Shown in pieces: positions 37,071-50,008 of a DNA stretch of 64,000 bases (position 1 is its first letter; each line of letters begins with the position of its first letter). The stretch spans positions 17,546,001-17,610,000 of the forward strand of contig OX597826.1 of assembly GCA_951406725.2 (NCBI GenBank). The letters run 5' to 3'. The translations under genes and the position numbers were made by a program. The notes under the pieces are model-generated. The model was not told the origin of the DNA. It saw only the letters and a program-made list of their open reading frames with translations, and did not search any database. The DNA comes from Octopus vulgaris (Eukaryota).

Positions 37071-38027
37071 TTTTAACGTCCGCTTTCCATGCTAGCATGG
37101 GTTGGACGATTTGACTGAAGACCGGCGAACCAGATGGCTGCACCAGGCTCCAATCTGATCCGGCAGAGTTTCTACAACTGGATGTCCTTCCTAATGCCAA
37201 CCACTCCAAGAGTGTAGTGGGTTATTTTACGTACAACCAGCACGAGGGCCAGTCAGGCAGTACTGGCAACAGCCATGCTCAAATGATGTTTTTTACGTGA
37301 CACCTGCACAGGAGCCAGTCCAGCGGTACCGGCAACAATCTCGCTCAAATATTTTTCATGTGTCACTGGCACAAGTGCCAGTAATGCAACGCTGGTAACG
37401 ATCATGCTCAAATGGTACTTTTTTACGTGCCACCGGCACAGAAGCCAGTCTACACTCGGATGGTGCTCTTAGCGCTCCACTAGCATGGATACCATTCGTT
37501 GAATTTGATTTCGATTTCGATTTCACTTGCCTCAACAGGTCTTTGCAAGCAGAGTTTAGTGTCCGATGAAGGAAAGGTACGTATAAGTAGGCTGGCTACA
37601 TTCCTGGTAAAGGCCATGGGTTATGGTTTCACTTGGCTTGCTGGGTCTTCTCAAGCACAGCATATTTCCAAAGGTCTTGGTCACTAGTCATTGCCTCAGT
37701 GAGGTCTAATGTTTGAAGGTCATGCTACACCACCTCATCCCAGGTCTTCCTGGGTCTACCTCTTCCACAGGTTCCCTCAACCGCTAGGGTGTGGCACTTT
37801 TTCACACAGCTATCCTCATCCATTTTCACCACATGACCATACCATATGTCTCTCTTGCACACCACATCTGACGCTTCTTAGGTCCAACTCTTCTCTCAAA
37901 GCACTTACACTCTGTCGAGTATGCTCACTGACATTACACATCAAGCGGAGCATACTGGCTTCATTCCTTGCAAGCTTATGCATGTTCTCAGCAGTCATGG
38001 CTCATGTTTCACTGCCATGTAGCATGG
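37027..38027 (-). mobile_element. RTE family B LINE 3' kilobase (ORF C-terminus, 3'UTR, tail)
   Basis: MLHGSET.AMTAENMHKLARNEASMLRLMCNVS...VKKCHT..GRGRPRKTWDEVV, continuous with the tail block. Confidence 0.92.
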
Positions 38028-38239
38028 CTGGTGCATGTATGCATGCATATGTGTGGGGGCGCAAGCATATAAATGCAAAACAAAAGGGAGAAACTAGTAT
38101 TTCAATAACAGATGTGGAGTCAATTATAAAATTTGAAAGAATCTGAAAAAAATTCACAAAGCGTCAGTCCAAGTTTCACATTACCAACACTTGGATGAAT
38201 ATCCATCGAAGGCTTCTTAAGTTTTATCAACTTCAGTAA

Positions 38240-38270
<31 letters not shown>

Positions 38271-38475
38271 TCTTCTTTTTTATTTCTTTCAGTCACTTGA
38301 CTGTATATATGAATATAAATATATATATATATATATTAGAAATATTGAATTTCTAAATATCTCATAGAGATATGTGCGGTAGTGGAGCGATAGAGTGGTT
38401 GAATACTGTCAACTTAACGAGACAGTCCTGTAAAGTTGACAATATACAACCACTTTATATATATATGTATGTATA

Positions 38476-38511
<36 letters not shown>

Positions 38512-38591
38512 TGTATGTATATATAAAGGGGTTTGTATGATTGTGTATATATTTTACTGTTCTTATTGTATTAGTTTAACTCATCTCCATC

Positions 38592-38635
38592 GTCTGGAAA
38601 TCTTTCGTCACACGTCTGTGACCTCTTCAGTGACA
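38592..38635 (-). ncRNA. Compact hammerhead ribozyme motif, PLE-type
   Basis: Minus strand tgtca-CTGAAGA-g-gtcac(agacgt)gtgac-GAAA-gatttc-cagac: intact core boxes and a perfect 5-bp stem II; stem I imperfect. Confidence 0.6.
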
Positions 38636-39320
38636 CTTTGCGTTTCCATGTGTGCTCTGCCCCGCTTAGTCCATTCTGTTCTTCTAAGGTGTGTATCCTT
38701 ATGTCTGCATATATTTGTTTCCTTGTGTGAGTGTGTGTGTGTGTGTGTGTGCACATGTGCATGTGTGTATGTGTGCCATAGTTTTTAACAGCAGTGTGGC
38801 CTTCCCCTCAGCAGCCCCATCCTCTCATCCGCTTGTGCTGCTGCTGTCCTAATGCCCGAAAATATGGTACAGTTCTTGTATTCCTCTGTGTACGCGTGTT
38901 CGTGCATGGTGTTGCCATTGTGTTAATTGTTGTTGTTATTGCCATCATTGTCACCATCACTGCTGCTGTTGTTGTTAATTGTGTTGTTGATATTGTTGAG
39001 GCCGTCCATGAAATTTCTTGTGTGTGTGTATGGCTTCTCTTCATATGTTGTATGTATCCATGCCCTTTATATTGATTTATTTATTTATTTTATCTATCTC
39101 TATATCTATTATTTATCCCAGGTATGTGACAAATACATATAAATATTTGTTTATTTCTCTATTTATTTATTTATTTATTTATTTTATACATCTATCTGTA
39201 TTTCTCATAAGTATCACAGGTAAGTGCATATATGTCTATTGTGTGTGTATTACCCTGAATCTTTCTGTGTATTATTTATGTTTTTTTTTCGTTGCGTTTT
39301 CGTTTTTCCTCTCTCTTCTC

Positions 39321-41620
39321 ATCCACCAGAGTATAGAAATAATGATAGACCACCCTAGTAAGCACCCTAACCATAGATTACCTGTTTTAGACACTGAATT
39401 CTAGTTAGAAACGAAGAACGGTAAGGCCCAGATCCTTCACACTCAATATGCCAAAGCCATGGCCTCTAAGTATTATGTCATTAAGTGCGAAATTTGTAGT
39501 AAGGTATAAGGTAAACTTTGACTGCTACTCATTTTGTGCCATTATTATGTTTTAACAATCTTCATTTTTTGTTAGGAAGCTGACACATCTATTTCTTTAT
39601 TCTAACTCATTTTGCATTTTATAAAGTATTTATAAATTGTTTTTTGCTATTTTTGTTTAGAGATGCATAGGTCAGAAATTCATACAGTTTGAAATATGAG
39701 TTCTTTCTTGGAAATACAGCATCACAGACAGCTCGAAATATTAATGGAATATTTCATTCTGATGTTATTACACAGCAGACAGTATCAAATGGGTTTGCAA
39801 AATTTTGTTCTGGTAACTTTGACCCCAGAAATGAGCAATGCGGTTGAACAGAAATAAAGGTGGATAATGACGAACTAATAGTCACCGTCGAGTCAGATCC
39901 ATCTTAAAGTGCCCATAAATTATCGTTGTTGTTAGGTGTTAGCAAGCAAATAATACTGACTCACCAAGTTCAAATTGGTAAAGTGAAAAAGTTGGATAAG
40001 TAAGTTTCACATGAACTCAATGAAAATCAGAAACAGCAACGTTTGGAGGCTTGCATTATGCTACTTTCATTTTTGAATCGAATTGTAACATGTGATGAGA
40101 AATGGTTCCAATACAACAACCGTAAACATTAAGAACAATGGCTGGACAAAGACGAGCCACCAAAATACAATCCAAAAAGCAAAATTCATCAAAAGAAGCT
40201 GATGGTGAGTGTTTGGTGGTCTGGCACAGATGTGATCCATTATGATTTCATTAAACCTGGCTCACCAATCACAGCCGAAGTATACTGCAGTCATCTGGAC
40301 CAAATGATACAGAAACTTACTAAAAAGCAGCCTAGATTAGTCAACAGATCCACTTCTATTTTATTGCAGGACAACGCCAGACCATACGTTGCAAAAATGA
40401 CATTAGTGAAACTACAGAAGTTGGAGTTGGAAGTTCTCCATCATCCACCAAACTCACCTGATCTTACTCCCACTGACTGCCATTTCTTCCAGAATTTTGA
40501 TAACTTTTTGATAAGAAAAAAATTTAATTCTGACAATGCTGTAAAACAGGCCTTCCAAGATTTTATTGACTCTAGATTACCAGGCATTTGCATTTCTGGG
40601 CTGGACAAGCTACCACTGAAATGGCAAGAGTGTATTGACAATATGGGTGCATAATTTGATGAATAAAACTATTCCTTGTATTAATATAACAGCAAACATT
40701 TTATCTTTTCTACAAATTTCGTACTTGATGACCTTAATACCTTGTTCACAAGAATGCAGTGATTGCAAACAACACCAAGTTCAGTGTTCTTATAGCTTGA
40801 CTTGGTGAGAGTGATGAAGAATGTGTCTTGTAAGTGTGACCCTATGGAATTGGAAAGACACATATAACACTACATCCACTGCATGCAGTTCTCTGGCTAC
40901 AACCAAAGGGACAAGATTAGAGTGCACAAAGGAGCCAGGACTAAGTACAATGCCATCATAGAGAGTGATGCTAAAGGGATCAGCCTGATGTACAGGAGTA
41001 TATCCTGGAACAGCACAGAAAGGACCAGTAATAAGATAAATATGGCCAATACTTGGTATGACAAGAAAAAATACCAGAGTGTCAGGTTCGTCAATGCTAC
41101 TCCTGGCAGCGAACTAGCATACCTTTTTAGAAAAACATTAAGTAAAGCTAATCTACAAATTAAAGTAGTAGAGTGGCCTGGTGCCCCATTAAAATCCCTG
41201 ATCTGCAATACCTATCCCTTTAATAAGACCCCCTGTACAGAGTACCATTGTGTTGTATGTAGGATGAACCGACGGGTTAACAGTAAGATTAGGAATGTAG
41301 TGTATAGCTTACGATGTACTGAAGGACGGTGCAGAAACATGACAACTGCCTACATTGAAGAGACTGCACGCAGCATAGGAGAGCTTGTAGGTGAACATTG
41401 GTGAGAGCCCAAAGAAGGGAAAAGCTCCTCAGTGATCTACCAACATGATTAGGCAGAACATGGAAGCTCAGTTAATAGCATAGAGGTTAAGGTATTATCG
41501 ATATATAGAACTGACACGACACTTAGACAGATCACAGAGTCTATACACATGGCAGTAGACAGACCGAGCCTCAATAGAAAACACGAATGGAACAGTAACA
41601 GCCACCACATGACTAAGGAC
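39321..41620 (+). mobile_element. Penelope-like retroelement fragment (RT thumb, linker, GIY-YIG endonuclease), split by a mariner
   Basis: DHPSKHPNHRLPVLD...YAKAMASK|YLVHKNA...MQFSGY...FVNATPGSELA...CVVC...NVVYSLRC...AYIEETARS...EH...LRQITES...LNRKHEW. Confidence 0.85.
39473..40737 (+). mobile_element. Full-length (1265 bp) inactive mariner transposon, DD34D
   Basis: ~27-bp TIRs (ttatgtcattaagtgcgaaatttgtag / ctacaaatttcgtacttgatgaccttaa), TA duplication on both sides; transposase pseudogene about 39663-40654 with IVTCDEKW, LLQDNARP and SPDLTPTDCHFF. Confidence 0.95.
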
Positions 41621-42235
41621 AGAAGGGATGAGAAGAGAGAAGAAAAATGAAAAAGCAAAGAAAGAAAATCGTAAATGATACACAGAAACATACAGGATAA
41701 TACACACACAATAGATGTATATGCACTTACATGTGATACTTATGAGAAATACAAACAGATGTGTAAAATAAATAAATATATGGCTTACTATAATTGGCCT
41801 TATGTCCGTCCATCAGTCTGTGACCTTTTCACGGCCAAACGACTGGTCACATTTGCACAAAACTTGGCAGACTTACTAAGGACGTCTCAAGAATGGTTTA
41901 TATTAGGTTTAAAATCTTTTATTGGAAGGACTTGCTACACTGCTTCGACTCTATGAAACTAAGGAAGCTATTTCCGTAAAAGATTTTCTTTATTTATTTC
42001 TTTTCTTTTTCTGTGTGTGGCAACAAAGGGACATTGTTTGACAGGAAGTGTGTTGATGGGGTGTGCGACACAGAGAGTGTGTGATAGAGACACAGAGAGA
42101 GAGACACACACACAAATAGAGAAAGAGAGACAAAGACTACATGTATGTCTATGTGTGCGTTTTTTTTTAAACCCATAAACACTTTCTCTATAACGATGTC
42201 GATTTCACCCAGTACCCACAACAAAAACACACATA

Positions 42236-42398
42236 GGCACAGGAGTGGCTGTGTGGTAAGTAGCTTGCTTACCAACCACATGGTTCCGGGTTCAATATCA
42301 CTGCGTGGTACCTTGGGCAAGTGTCTTCTACTATAACCTCGGGCCGACCAAAGCCTTGTGAGTGGATTTGGTAGACAGAAACTGAAAGATGCCCATTG

Positions 42399-42431
<33 letters not shown>

Positions 42432-42640
42432 TTGTATGTGTCTGTGCTCGTCCCCCCAACAACGCTTGACATCCGATGCTGGTGTGTTTATGTCCACGTC
42501 ACTTAGCGGTTCAGCAAGAGAGAACGATAGAATGAGTACCAGGCTTACAAAGAATAAGTCCTGAAGTCGATTTGCTCGACTAAAGGCAGTGCCCCAGCAT
42601 GGCCGCAGTCAAATGGCCTAAACAAATAAAAGAATAAAAA
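42236..42640 (+). mobile_element. SINE family A nested in the Helitron
   Basis: Full-length copy starting ggcacaggagtggctgtgtggtaag. Confidence 0.92.
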
Positions 42641-42943
42641 ATAAAAATACATAAATAAAAATAAATTATATGGAAATCGGCCACAGTAACAAAATAGAAA
42701 CAAAACCCTAAATGGCATTTATAGAAGTTCAAACAGTACTTTCAGTTCTTATTTCCTTATCCTCTCTACAACGGTCCTGGGTGTTGATGGGATGTGTGAC
42801 ACACAAAGGGTGTGAGAGGCACGCAGTGACACACAGAGAGACAGAAGCAGAGAAAGACAGAGAAAAAAGCAGACACACAGAAACAGAGAGAAAGACATAG
42901 TGTGTGTGTGTGTGTGTGTGTGTGAGTGTGTGTGTGTGTGTGT

Positions 42944-42974
<31 letters not shown>

Positions 42975-43189
42975 CATTTTCTTTTACCCCATTAACACAC
43001 TGATGGGGTGGGCAAAACAGAAAGTGTGTGACAGAGAGAGAGAGATAGAGATAGAGAGAAACACAGACAAACAGAAAGAGAGAGAAAAAGGCAGTGTGTG
43101 TGTGCATTTCTTTTTAACCCATCAACACATTTCCTTTACGATGTCAATTTGGTGCAGCACCCAGGACAAATAAATAAATAAATAAATAG

Positions 43190-43756
43190 AAGCAATAATG
43201 TTAATGACCACATGATTAACCACTTCCCAGGAGAAAGTCAACAATATCTAAGTTCGGACACTGTAGTCGATGGAAATTATCGCCAGTATCCACAGGATTT
43301 CCTTAACAACTTGAACTCATCGGGATTACCTATGCATAGGATCTCACTGAAAAAGTACTGTCCTATAATGTCCCTACGAAATTTTGACCCTGCCAATGGA
43401 CATTGCAACGGAACAAGATACACCGTCACACAACTCAATTCTCACGTCATCGAGGCAGTAATAGCAATTGGCCCTCACGGTGGTAAGCACCTGTTCATAC
43501 CTCGGATACCACTGGTATGCTCCGACAACCACTTTCCCTTCTAATTATGATGCAGGCAGTTTCCCATCAAACAAGCCTTCTCATTCACAGCTAACAAGTC
43601 TCAGGGTCAGACTTTAGACCGAGTTGGTGTGCTCAGCGCACTCCGATGTTTAATCTCGGCCAGTTGTATGTTGCTATGAGCAGAGTAACGGACTCAGCTA
43701 ATTTGAAAATTAGTATTGATCAAACACAAAATATTGTTTACAAAGAAGTTTTGTAA
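43190..43756 (+). pseudogene. Helitron Rep/Hel PIF1-helicase C-terminal fragment
   Basis: YPQDFLNNLNSSGLPMH.I.LK...PIMSLRN.DP.NGHCNGTR...LFIPRI...RQFPI..AF..T.NKSQGQTL...GQLYVAMSRV...TQNIVYKEVL*, with stops and a frameshift. Confidence 0.93.
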
Positions 43757-43959
43757 ACGTAATAATATCATGAATATGTACTATATAAAGCCATACATAA
43801 GTATAATCAAAACCAACCGTTATTTACATTTTGCTACATTTCCCAGGCCATATTTCAGTATAAATACATTCATACTTGAAGTTGTTATTATTTTCCACCT
43901 TCCTTTCATTTCCCATCATAGATGGGTAGGTTTGCTAGTTTATATAAATAGATGAATAA

Positions 43960-46900
43960 GTTTAATCTTAGGAAAATTGGTAGTCAGAGAACATGAATGT
44001 TACAGCAATTATGTGCTCCTGAAAAACCCTTCTGACATAAACTTTAAAAATACAATAGACATAGCAAGAAAAGCTCATTGTGCAATACATGCTGGAAATA
44101 TTTGAACCTAGAAAAGAACAACAAAGCGGACTACGTCGCAGAGAATGTGAAATGTTTAAACTGGACAAATTAATACCAGATACGTTCAAGTGCCTGATAT
44201 TTACTCAGGGATTAACTGCAGAAAAAGACAGAAGTAAGAACAAGAATTCTCACTAAGCTGGAAAAAGACTAAGCTATAACCTTACAACAAGTATCAAAAA
44301 GTATGAAAGAATAGTAAATTTGAGGCATGATACAGAGAAAATTAAATATAAAGATTGCACTCAAGTGACACATGTGCATTGGAAAATACAAAACAGGCAG
44401 AATAGAAATCAAGTGTGTACTAAGATACAGTACAGACAGGACAAAAATCATGTTTTGCATGTGGAGGTCTAGACCTGTGAAAAAGCTACCCATTCAAGAA
44501 AGTGGAACGCTTCCTTTGTGGAAAAATTGGACATGTAAAAGTGCACTGAAAAACCAAGACGATAAAATGTTGGAATAAAGGAAAAAGAATAAACAAGATG
44601 TCATCGAAAGAAAATGATAATATAACATAGAAGAAATTTGTAAATGTGAAAATTGAAAAAGAGTAAAAATGCAGTTAAACAATGGAAGTGATATTACCAT
44701 TGTGAGTGAAAAAACTTGGAAGTATATCAGTATGCCAAAATTAAGGAAATCTACAAGAGTAGCACACAATGTTATGAGCAAAAGACTGTATTTTGGAGGT
44801 GAATTTGTGTGTAATGTAACTTTTGTGACCAAATGAAAACAGCAAAAATATATTTGTTCAAAAATTCAGTTAATCTATTCGGCACAGAATAGATGGAACT
44901 ATTCAAATTGTGGAATATGCCCATAAGTGTTTTGTGTGGGAATATAGTCGGTTCATTCAAAGGTTCAAATGTGGCTGAGCGATTGAAGCAAGCAAATAAA
45001 ACATTTATTCCCAGATGTTTACTTTGGAGGAACTGGGCAACTGCACAAAAACAAAGTCAAAAATTGTAGTAAAACAAAAAAGTGCAATACCTGTATCTGA
45101 GCCAAAATAGAATATATCGTTCACAGCAATAGAACAGGTAAATAAGGAACTTGAAAGATTTGAAAGCCTAGGAATAATCGCGAAGACAGATCACTCAGAC
45201 TGGGCAGTACCTATGCTCTACATAAAAGAGAAAAATAATAAGTTAAGAGTTTGTGCAGATTTGTCAACAGGGTTGAATGATTGCTTAAGCTCACATAATT
45301 ACCCATTGCCAAGTCATGAGGAAGTATTCGCAAAACTGAATGGAGGGAAATTCTTCTCAAAATTAGATCTTTAGGAGGCATATCTACAAATCCTAATAGA
45401 AGAATGCTCACACTTATTAACTATTAATACACACCGTGACTTATTTAAATTTAAGCAGCCTCCCTTCAGTGTAAAAGTGGCTCCTTCCATATTTCAGAAA
45501 ATAATGGATGCAATGCTGGGTGACTGTGATTTTGCTATCACCTATTTAGATGATATCCTAATAAAAAGTGAATCACATGAGCAACATGTGGCACACGTTA
45601 AAAGGGTATTCAAGAAGATTAGAAAATACAGCTTGAAGTTAATGGAAGAAAAATGCGAGGTCTTTTTGAAAAAAATTAAATACTTGGGCCAGATACTAGA
45701 TAAAAATGGACAGAAACTTTTACCATCTAGAGCAAATACAATAAAAGATATGCTCACACCAAATAATGTGACTAAGCTACAAGCATTTTGGGGTTTAGTA
45801 AATTCATAGCAAATTTATATTCCCAATATACATAATGTAAGGACTATGCTAAATGATTTGTTAAAGAAAAATGCAAAATGGTGCTGGACTGATAAGTGCC
45901 AGAAGGCATTTGACAAATGAAAATATATTTTAATACCAAACTTATCATTAATGCATTTTGACCTGAAGTTGGAAATTATATGGGCTACAGATGTGAGTGA
46001 TTATGGTGTAGGAGCCATGCTTCTGCACAAATATGATGATGGGACTAAAAAGGCTACAGCTCATGTGTCATGATTGTTATTACCAGCTGAAAGGAACTAT
46101 GGCCAGATAGAAAAGGAAGCATTGGCGGTCATATTCAGTGTGAAAAACTTCCATAGATTTATTCATGGAAGAAGTTTCTGTCTACAAACAGATCATCACC
46201 TACTACTATCAATATACGGTTCTAAAAAAAGGAATACCAACACACACAGTGAATAGATTACAGTGATGGGACACTACATTATTAAATTATGATTGCAAAA
46301 TAGAATATTTATTATAAAAAAACTAGGGCATGCGGATGGTTTATCCAGACTGATACTGAAACACTGGGAACCAACCATTCAAACATATGGCAATTACAGC
46401 ATTAAGATCAGAAGGAGAAATACAAAATGTAATGTGGAATGTGGTATGCGAATTATCGGTAACCCTGGAAGACATAAAACAAAATGCATTGTTGGCATCC
46501 AAGAAGTGATAGTGTCTGACAATGAAATGCAATTTGTGTCTTTGAATCTAAAAAGTTTTGTAAAATGTTCACTGTAGAACATGAAACTACGGTGCCATAC
46601 CATCCCAGATCTAATGGAGAAGCAGTACACTTTGTCAATGCATTCAAGAGAGCCCTAAGGAAGTCAAATAAGGAAGTCATGGATAAGGTAGTTCTACAAC
46701 AATTCTTAAGAGTATACCATGTGACACGAAATTCAAATACACCAGTAGGTATGTCACCATCAGGTATGTCACCAGCAGAGCTGATGTTTGCAAGGAAAAT
46801 AAAAGCAGTCTTCAACAAATTACTACCTGGTAAGAAAAGAAAAATTGCAATGGAAAATACAGCAAGATATTTAAAAAATGGTGAAAAGGTATTTCTTAAG

Positions 46901-47583
46901 GTAAACAAAGCTGGGAAGTTGGTGTGATTACCAAATGCATAGGAAAAATGCTATATGTGGTAAAAGGAAGAAAAGGGGAATACAAGAGATATATGAACCA
47001 ACTAAAAAAAAAAAGATTCATTGAGAACAAAGACAAGGGAATGGAAGAACCAATGGAATTGTTATATGATACTTTTCAAGTACCAACACAACTACAAATA
47101 ATTGAACTCAGATGTACAAGTGTAAGAAAAAGAAAATGTTCAGAGTTTCTAGAAATGGATGCCAAATAAAAAATATATTAAATGTGTAACTGTATGAAAG
47201 AAAAGAAAACTCAATAAGAGAGGTGTGGCTGATGTAAACATTATTCTATTAAAAGAAATAAAATTACTCTGATTCAGTATATTACTGGTAATGGTATATA
47301 AGTCATAATATTACCATCAGTTTCATGCTGACTATTGCACTGATGCAATATTGACAACTCTTCTGACATACTAACTGGAAGCTTACAGAATCTTTTATGC
47401 TATAAGTATATATAAACTCTGATTGGCTCAGTGTTGGTTAAAACAAAGAGAAACATGGTGAAAAATTATAATACATTTTTCAGAAGGAAAAGAAGTTATT
47501 TCTCAGGAATTGATTTAGCTATGTAAGTTGTACATGTGTAAATAAATCATTCTTTAGTCCAAAAATAGATACAACCAACCACA
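43960..47583 (+). mobile_element. Decayed Gypsy (Mag/K02A2.6-like) element: gag-PR-RT-RNase H-partial IN plus 3' LTR; 5' truncated
   Basis: gag (RKL..EH..YSNY.L, LIPDTFKCLIF.QGL), zinc knuckle CGKIGH, protease MQLNNGSDITIVS, YLDDILI, NYGQIEKEALA, PYHPRSNGEA; same lineage as 15385-18932. Confidence 0.92.
47224..47583 (+). repeat. 3' LTR (about 360 bp)
   Basis: Follows purine run aagagagg; TGTGG...CCACA termini; tatatataaa near 47408 and AATAAA at 47541. Confidence 0.7.
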
Positions 47584-47584
47584 T

Positions 47585-48050
47585 TGTCAAAATGAATTTC
47601 TGCTCATGAGTGCAGTGTCCAAGTATCTTGCTTTTTGGGTTTAGCAAAGCATTCAAGTCATATGTGTTTTTTAGAATGCTTCTCCACTCTGCCAAGCAGA
47701 GCCTGCAGATAGGGCACAGACCATTCTAGCGACTTCCAGTTGATTTTGCATGACATTGCTTCCCCTTTTATTTGCTATATATCTGGCTAACATTGGAACA
47801 TTGCAGCTTTCTTGGGTTCTAAAAGAGGATTTGTGATTATTCAGCTTGGCCTTCAAGATCTGTCACTCTGACATATTTCTTTCTGTGTTACTCCATTGTT
47901 GGAGGACACCATCTCTGCTTCATAGATCCCAACTTCTATGTTGCAACTGTAAACTCTACATAAGCATCTTATCTCTCCCCAGGGCTGGGCCTTGTGGGTA
48001 CATATTAATATTTTTTTGATACATGCCTATTGCATATTTTCCTATATCTA
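47585..48050 (-). mobile_element. Penelope-like (Naiad-like) GIY-YIG endonuclease fragment
   Basis: Minus strand reads GIYEAEM...KYV.VT...KAKLNNHKSSFR...LARYI...LLNPKSKILGHCTHEQKFIL. Confidence 0.7.
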
Positions 48051-49017
48051 TGATCCTGTGTAAAATCCTTATCCTCTAATCTAAAGAAGGCCCTTCCTAT
48101 ACAGGTTTTCATATTGAGTGAGAACAGGGGAGGAGGCAAACCAGAAAACTTTTATGACTGTGCTTTCTCATGTGGGTGTTAGACTTGGATAGATAAATGA
48201 TGTGGTCTTAAACCCGCTGGCTGCCAGCTCTTCATTGTAATAAGGTGTCACAGCATCAGAAACATCTTTTAGGATAGGCTTGAAGTCCTCCAACTGACAC
48301 CCTTTACAAGTCTTTTAAACTCTATAGGTAGGTGGCAGGTGGCCTTTTGTTTGATTTGCAGTTGTGTGTGTACATGCGTGCATGCATGTGTGTGTGTGTA
48401 CATGCATACATGTATGTGGGTAAGTATGTGTGCACGTGTATAATATATACAGATAAACAACTTTACAACTAATGAGTAACTATCTAAAATCTGTTTATAT
48501 TATCATAACATTATCTATTTTTATCAATGTTTTTCATTATAGTCTCTAGGTCATAATTTCTGTTCTATTTTTTTCTGATTACAATATTTCATATCTAATA
48601 CCTGAATATAACCTGTATTATACATAAATATGCACTTGCATATACATGCACATACATGTAAGTGTGTGTGTGTGTGTGTTCATTCTGGAGCAATGTCAAT
48701 CACAATAAGGTGATAAATAATGTAGCATGATGTAACAGGATAGCTAGATTCATAACTCTCAAATCTGTTCACAATAGTTGAACAACTAGGATTGTACATT
48801 GACCCTGTCTTGTAAATAACCACCTACAGATATATCAGGTCATAGTGACAGCCTTTTCCATCATACTAACCACATAACTAAGGTTTTAAGTTAATAAATC
48901 TTAATAATATCTATAATAATAATAATATTAATAAGATAAATTTCAACAGGCTTTAATTTGTTTTGACTTACTTATAAACCTTTTTATGAAGTAATGTCAA
49001 TATTTGACTTCTTTCCT

Positions 49018-49066
<49 letters not shown>

Positions 49067-49077
49067 ATGTGTGTATA

Positions 49078-50008
49078 CGAGGTCTGATCAATAAGTATCT
49101 GGACTGTTGCCATAGTAATAAAGCTATGGCACATAGAGGAAAGTCGCTTGGCAAAGATTGGCTTCGAACTCTGCTGTACATACACACTAAGTTTTTACAT
49201 TCTAGTTCACTTTTGCTGTTTACAGCAGTGCTTGGAGGGAAGGTGTGTAGTGTGTGATCATCACATTGACTATGACAGAGTAAGTTGTCATGGCAATATC
49301 TGCTCAAAAGCCTATGCAAAGTTGCAGAAAGTGTATGAGCCGCACATACAAGTGTACGAGTGGTTCAAACATTTCCAGGATGGCTGAAGAAAAATGTCGA
49401 TATTGACGAATGTTCTGGGAGACCCGCAACCAGCAGAACTGAGAAAAACATCACAGATGTGCGTGCAGCTGTGAGGGGAAATTATCAAATCATCCATGAG
49501 TTATCAGAGGATGTGCAGATTAGTTAAGGTTCAGTTCAGTCCATTATTACTGAAGATTTGGATATGAGAAGAGTGTCTGCAAAGTTTATGCCCAAACTGC
49601 TTTCAGCTGACTAAAAAGACACTCGGGATTCAGTTGCACAAGATCTCCTTGATTGTGTCGAGAACAATGAAAACTTTTTCGAAACTTTGCATAGGCCTTC
49701 GAGCAGTTATCGCCAAACTTTAGCAAAATTTGATGCAATTTCTCTGCTCAGTTTTCTGTCATGGTCAGTGCACAGTAATCACACACTACACATGTTCCTT
49801 CAAAGCACTGCTGTAAACAGCGGAAGTTTTTCATTTTCATTTAGCGTCCGCTTTCCATGCTAGCATCGGTTGAGTTAGAATATTAAAACTTAGCATGCAT
49901 GCACAGCAGAGTTCAAGGTCAATCTGTGCCAAGTGACTTCACTTTGCATACTTTAGATTTGTCACTATGGCAACAGTCAGGATCCAGATACTTATTGATC
50001 AGACCACA
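49078..50008 (+). mobile_element. Mariner-derived fold-back element with long TIRs and TA flanks
   Basis: TA|cgaggtctgatcaataagtatctgga ... tccagatacttattgatcagaccaca|TA; internal HTH remnant VYEWFKHFQDG...SGRPATSRTEKNI. Confidence 0.88.

Larger units (their letters stand above)
41783..43938 (+). mobile_element. Internally deleted Helitron
   Basis: 3' signature cccatc-ata-gatggg hairpin (43912-43926) then CTAG|T (43935-43938); carries a PIF1 fragment; 5' boundary (gtccgtcc..acggccaaacgact..aaacttgg motif) is approximate. Confidence 0.75.

Noticed and set aside
43975-43992. tggtagtcagag as a primer-binding site
   Set aside because: It lies inside recognisable gag coding sequence and is not preceded by a copy of the 3' LTR.
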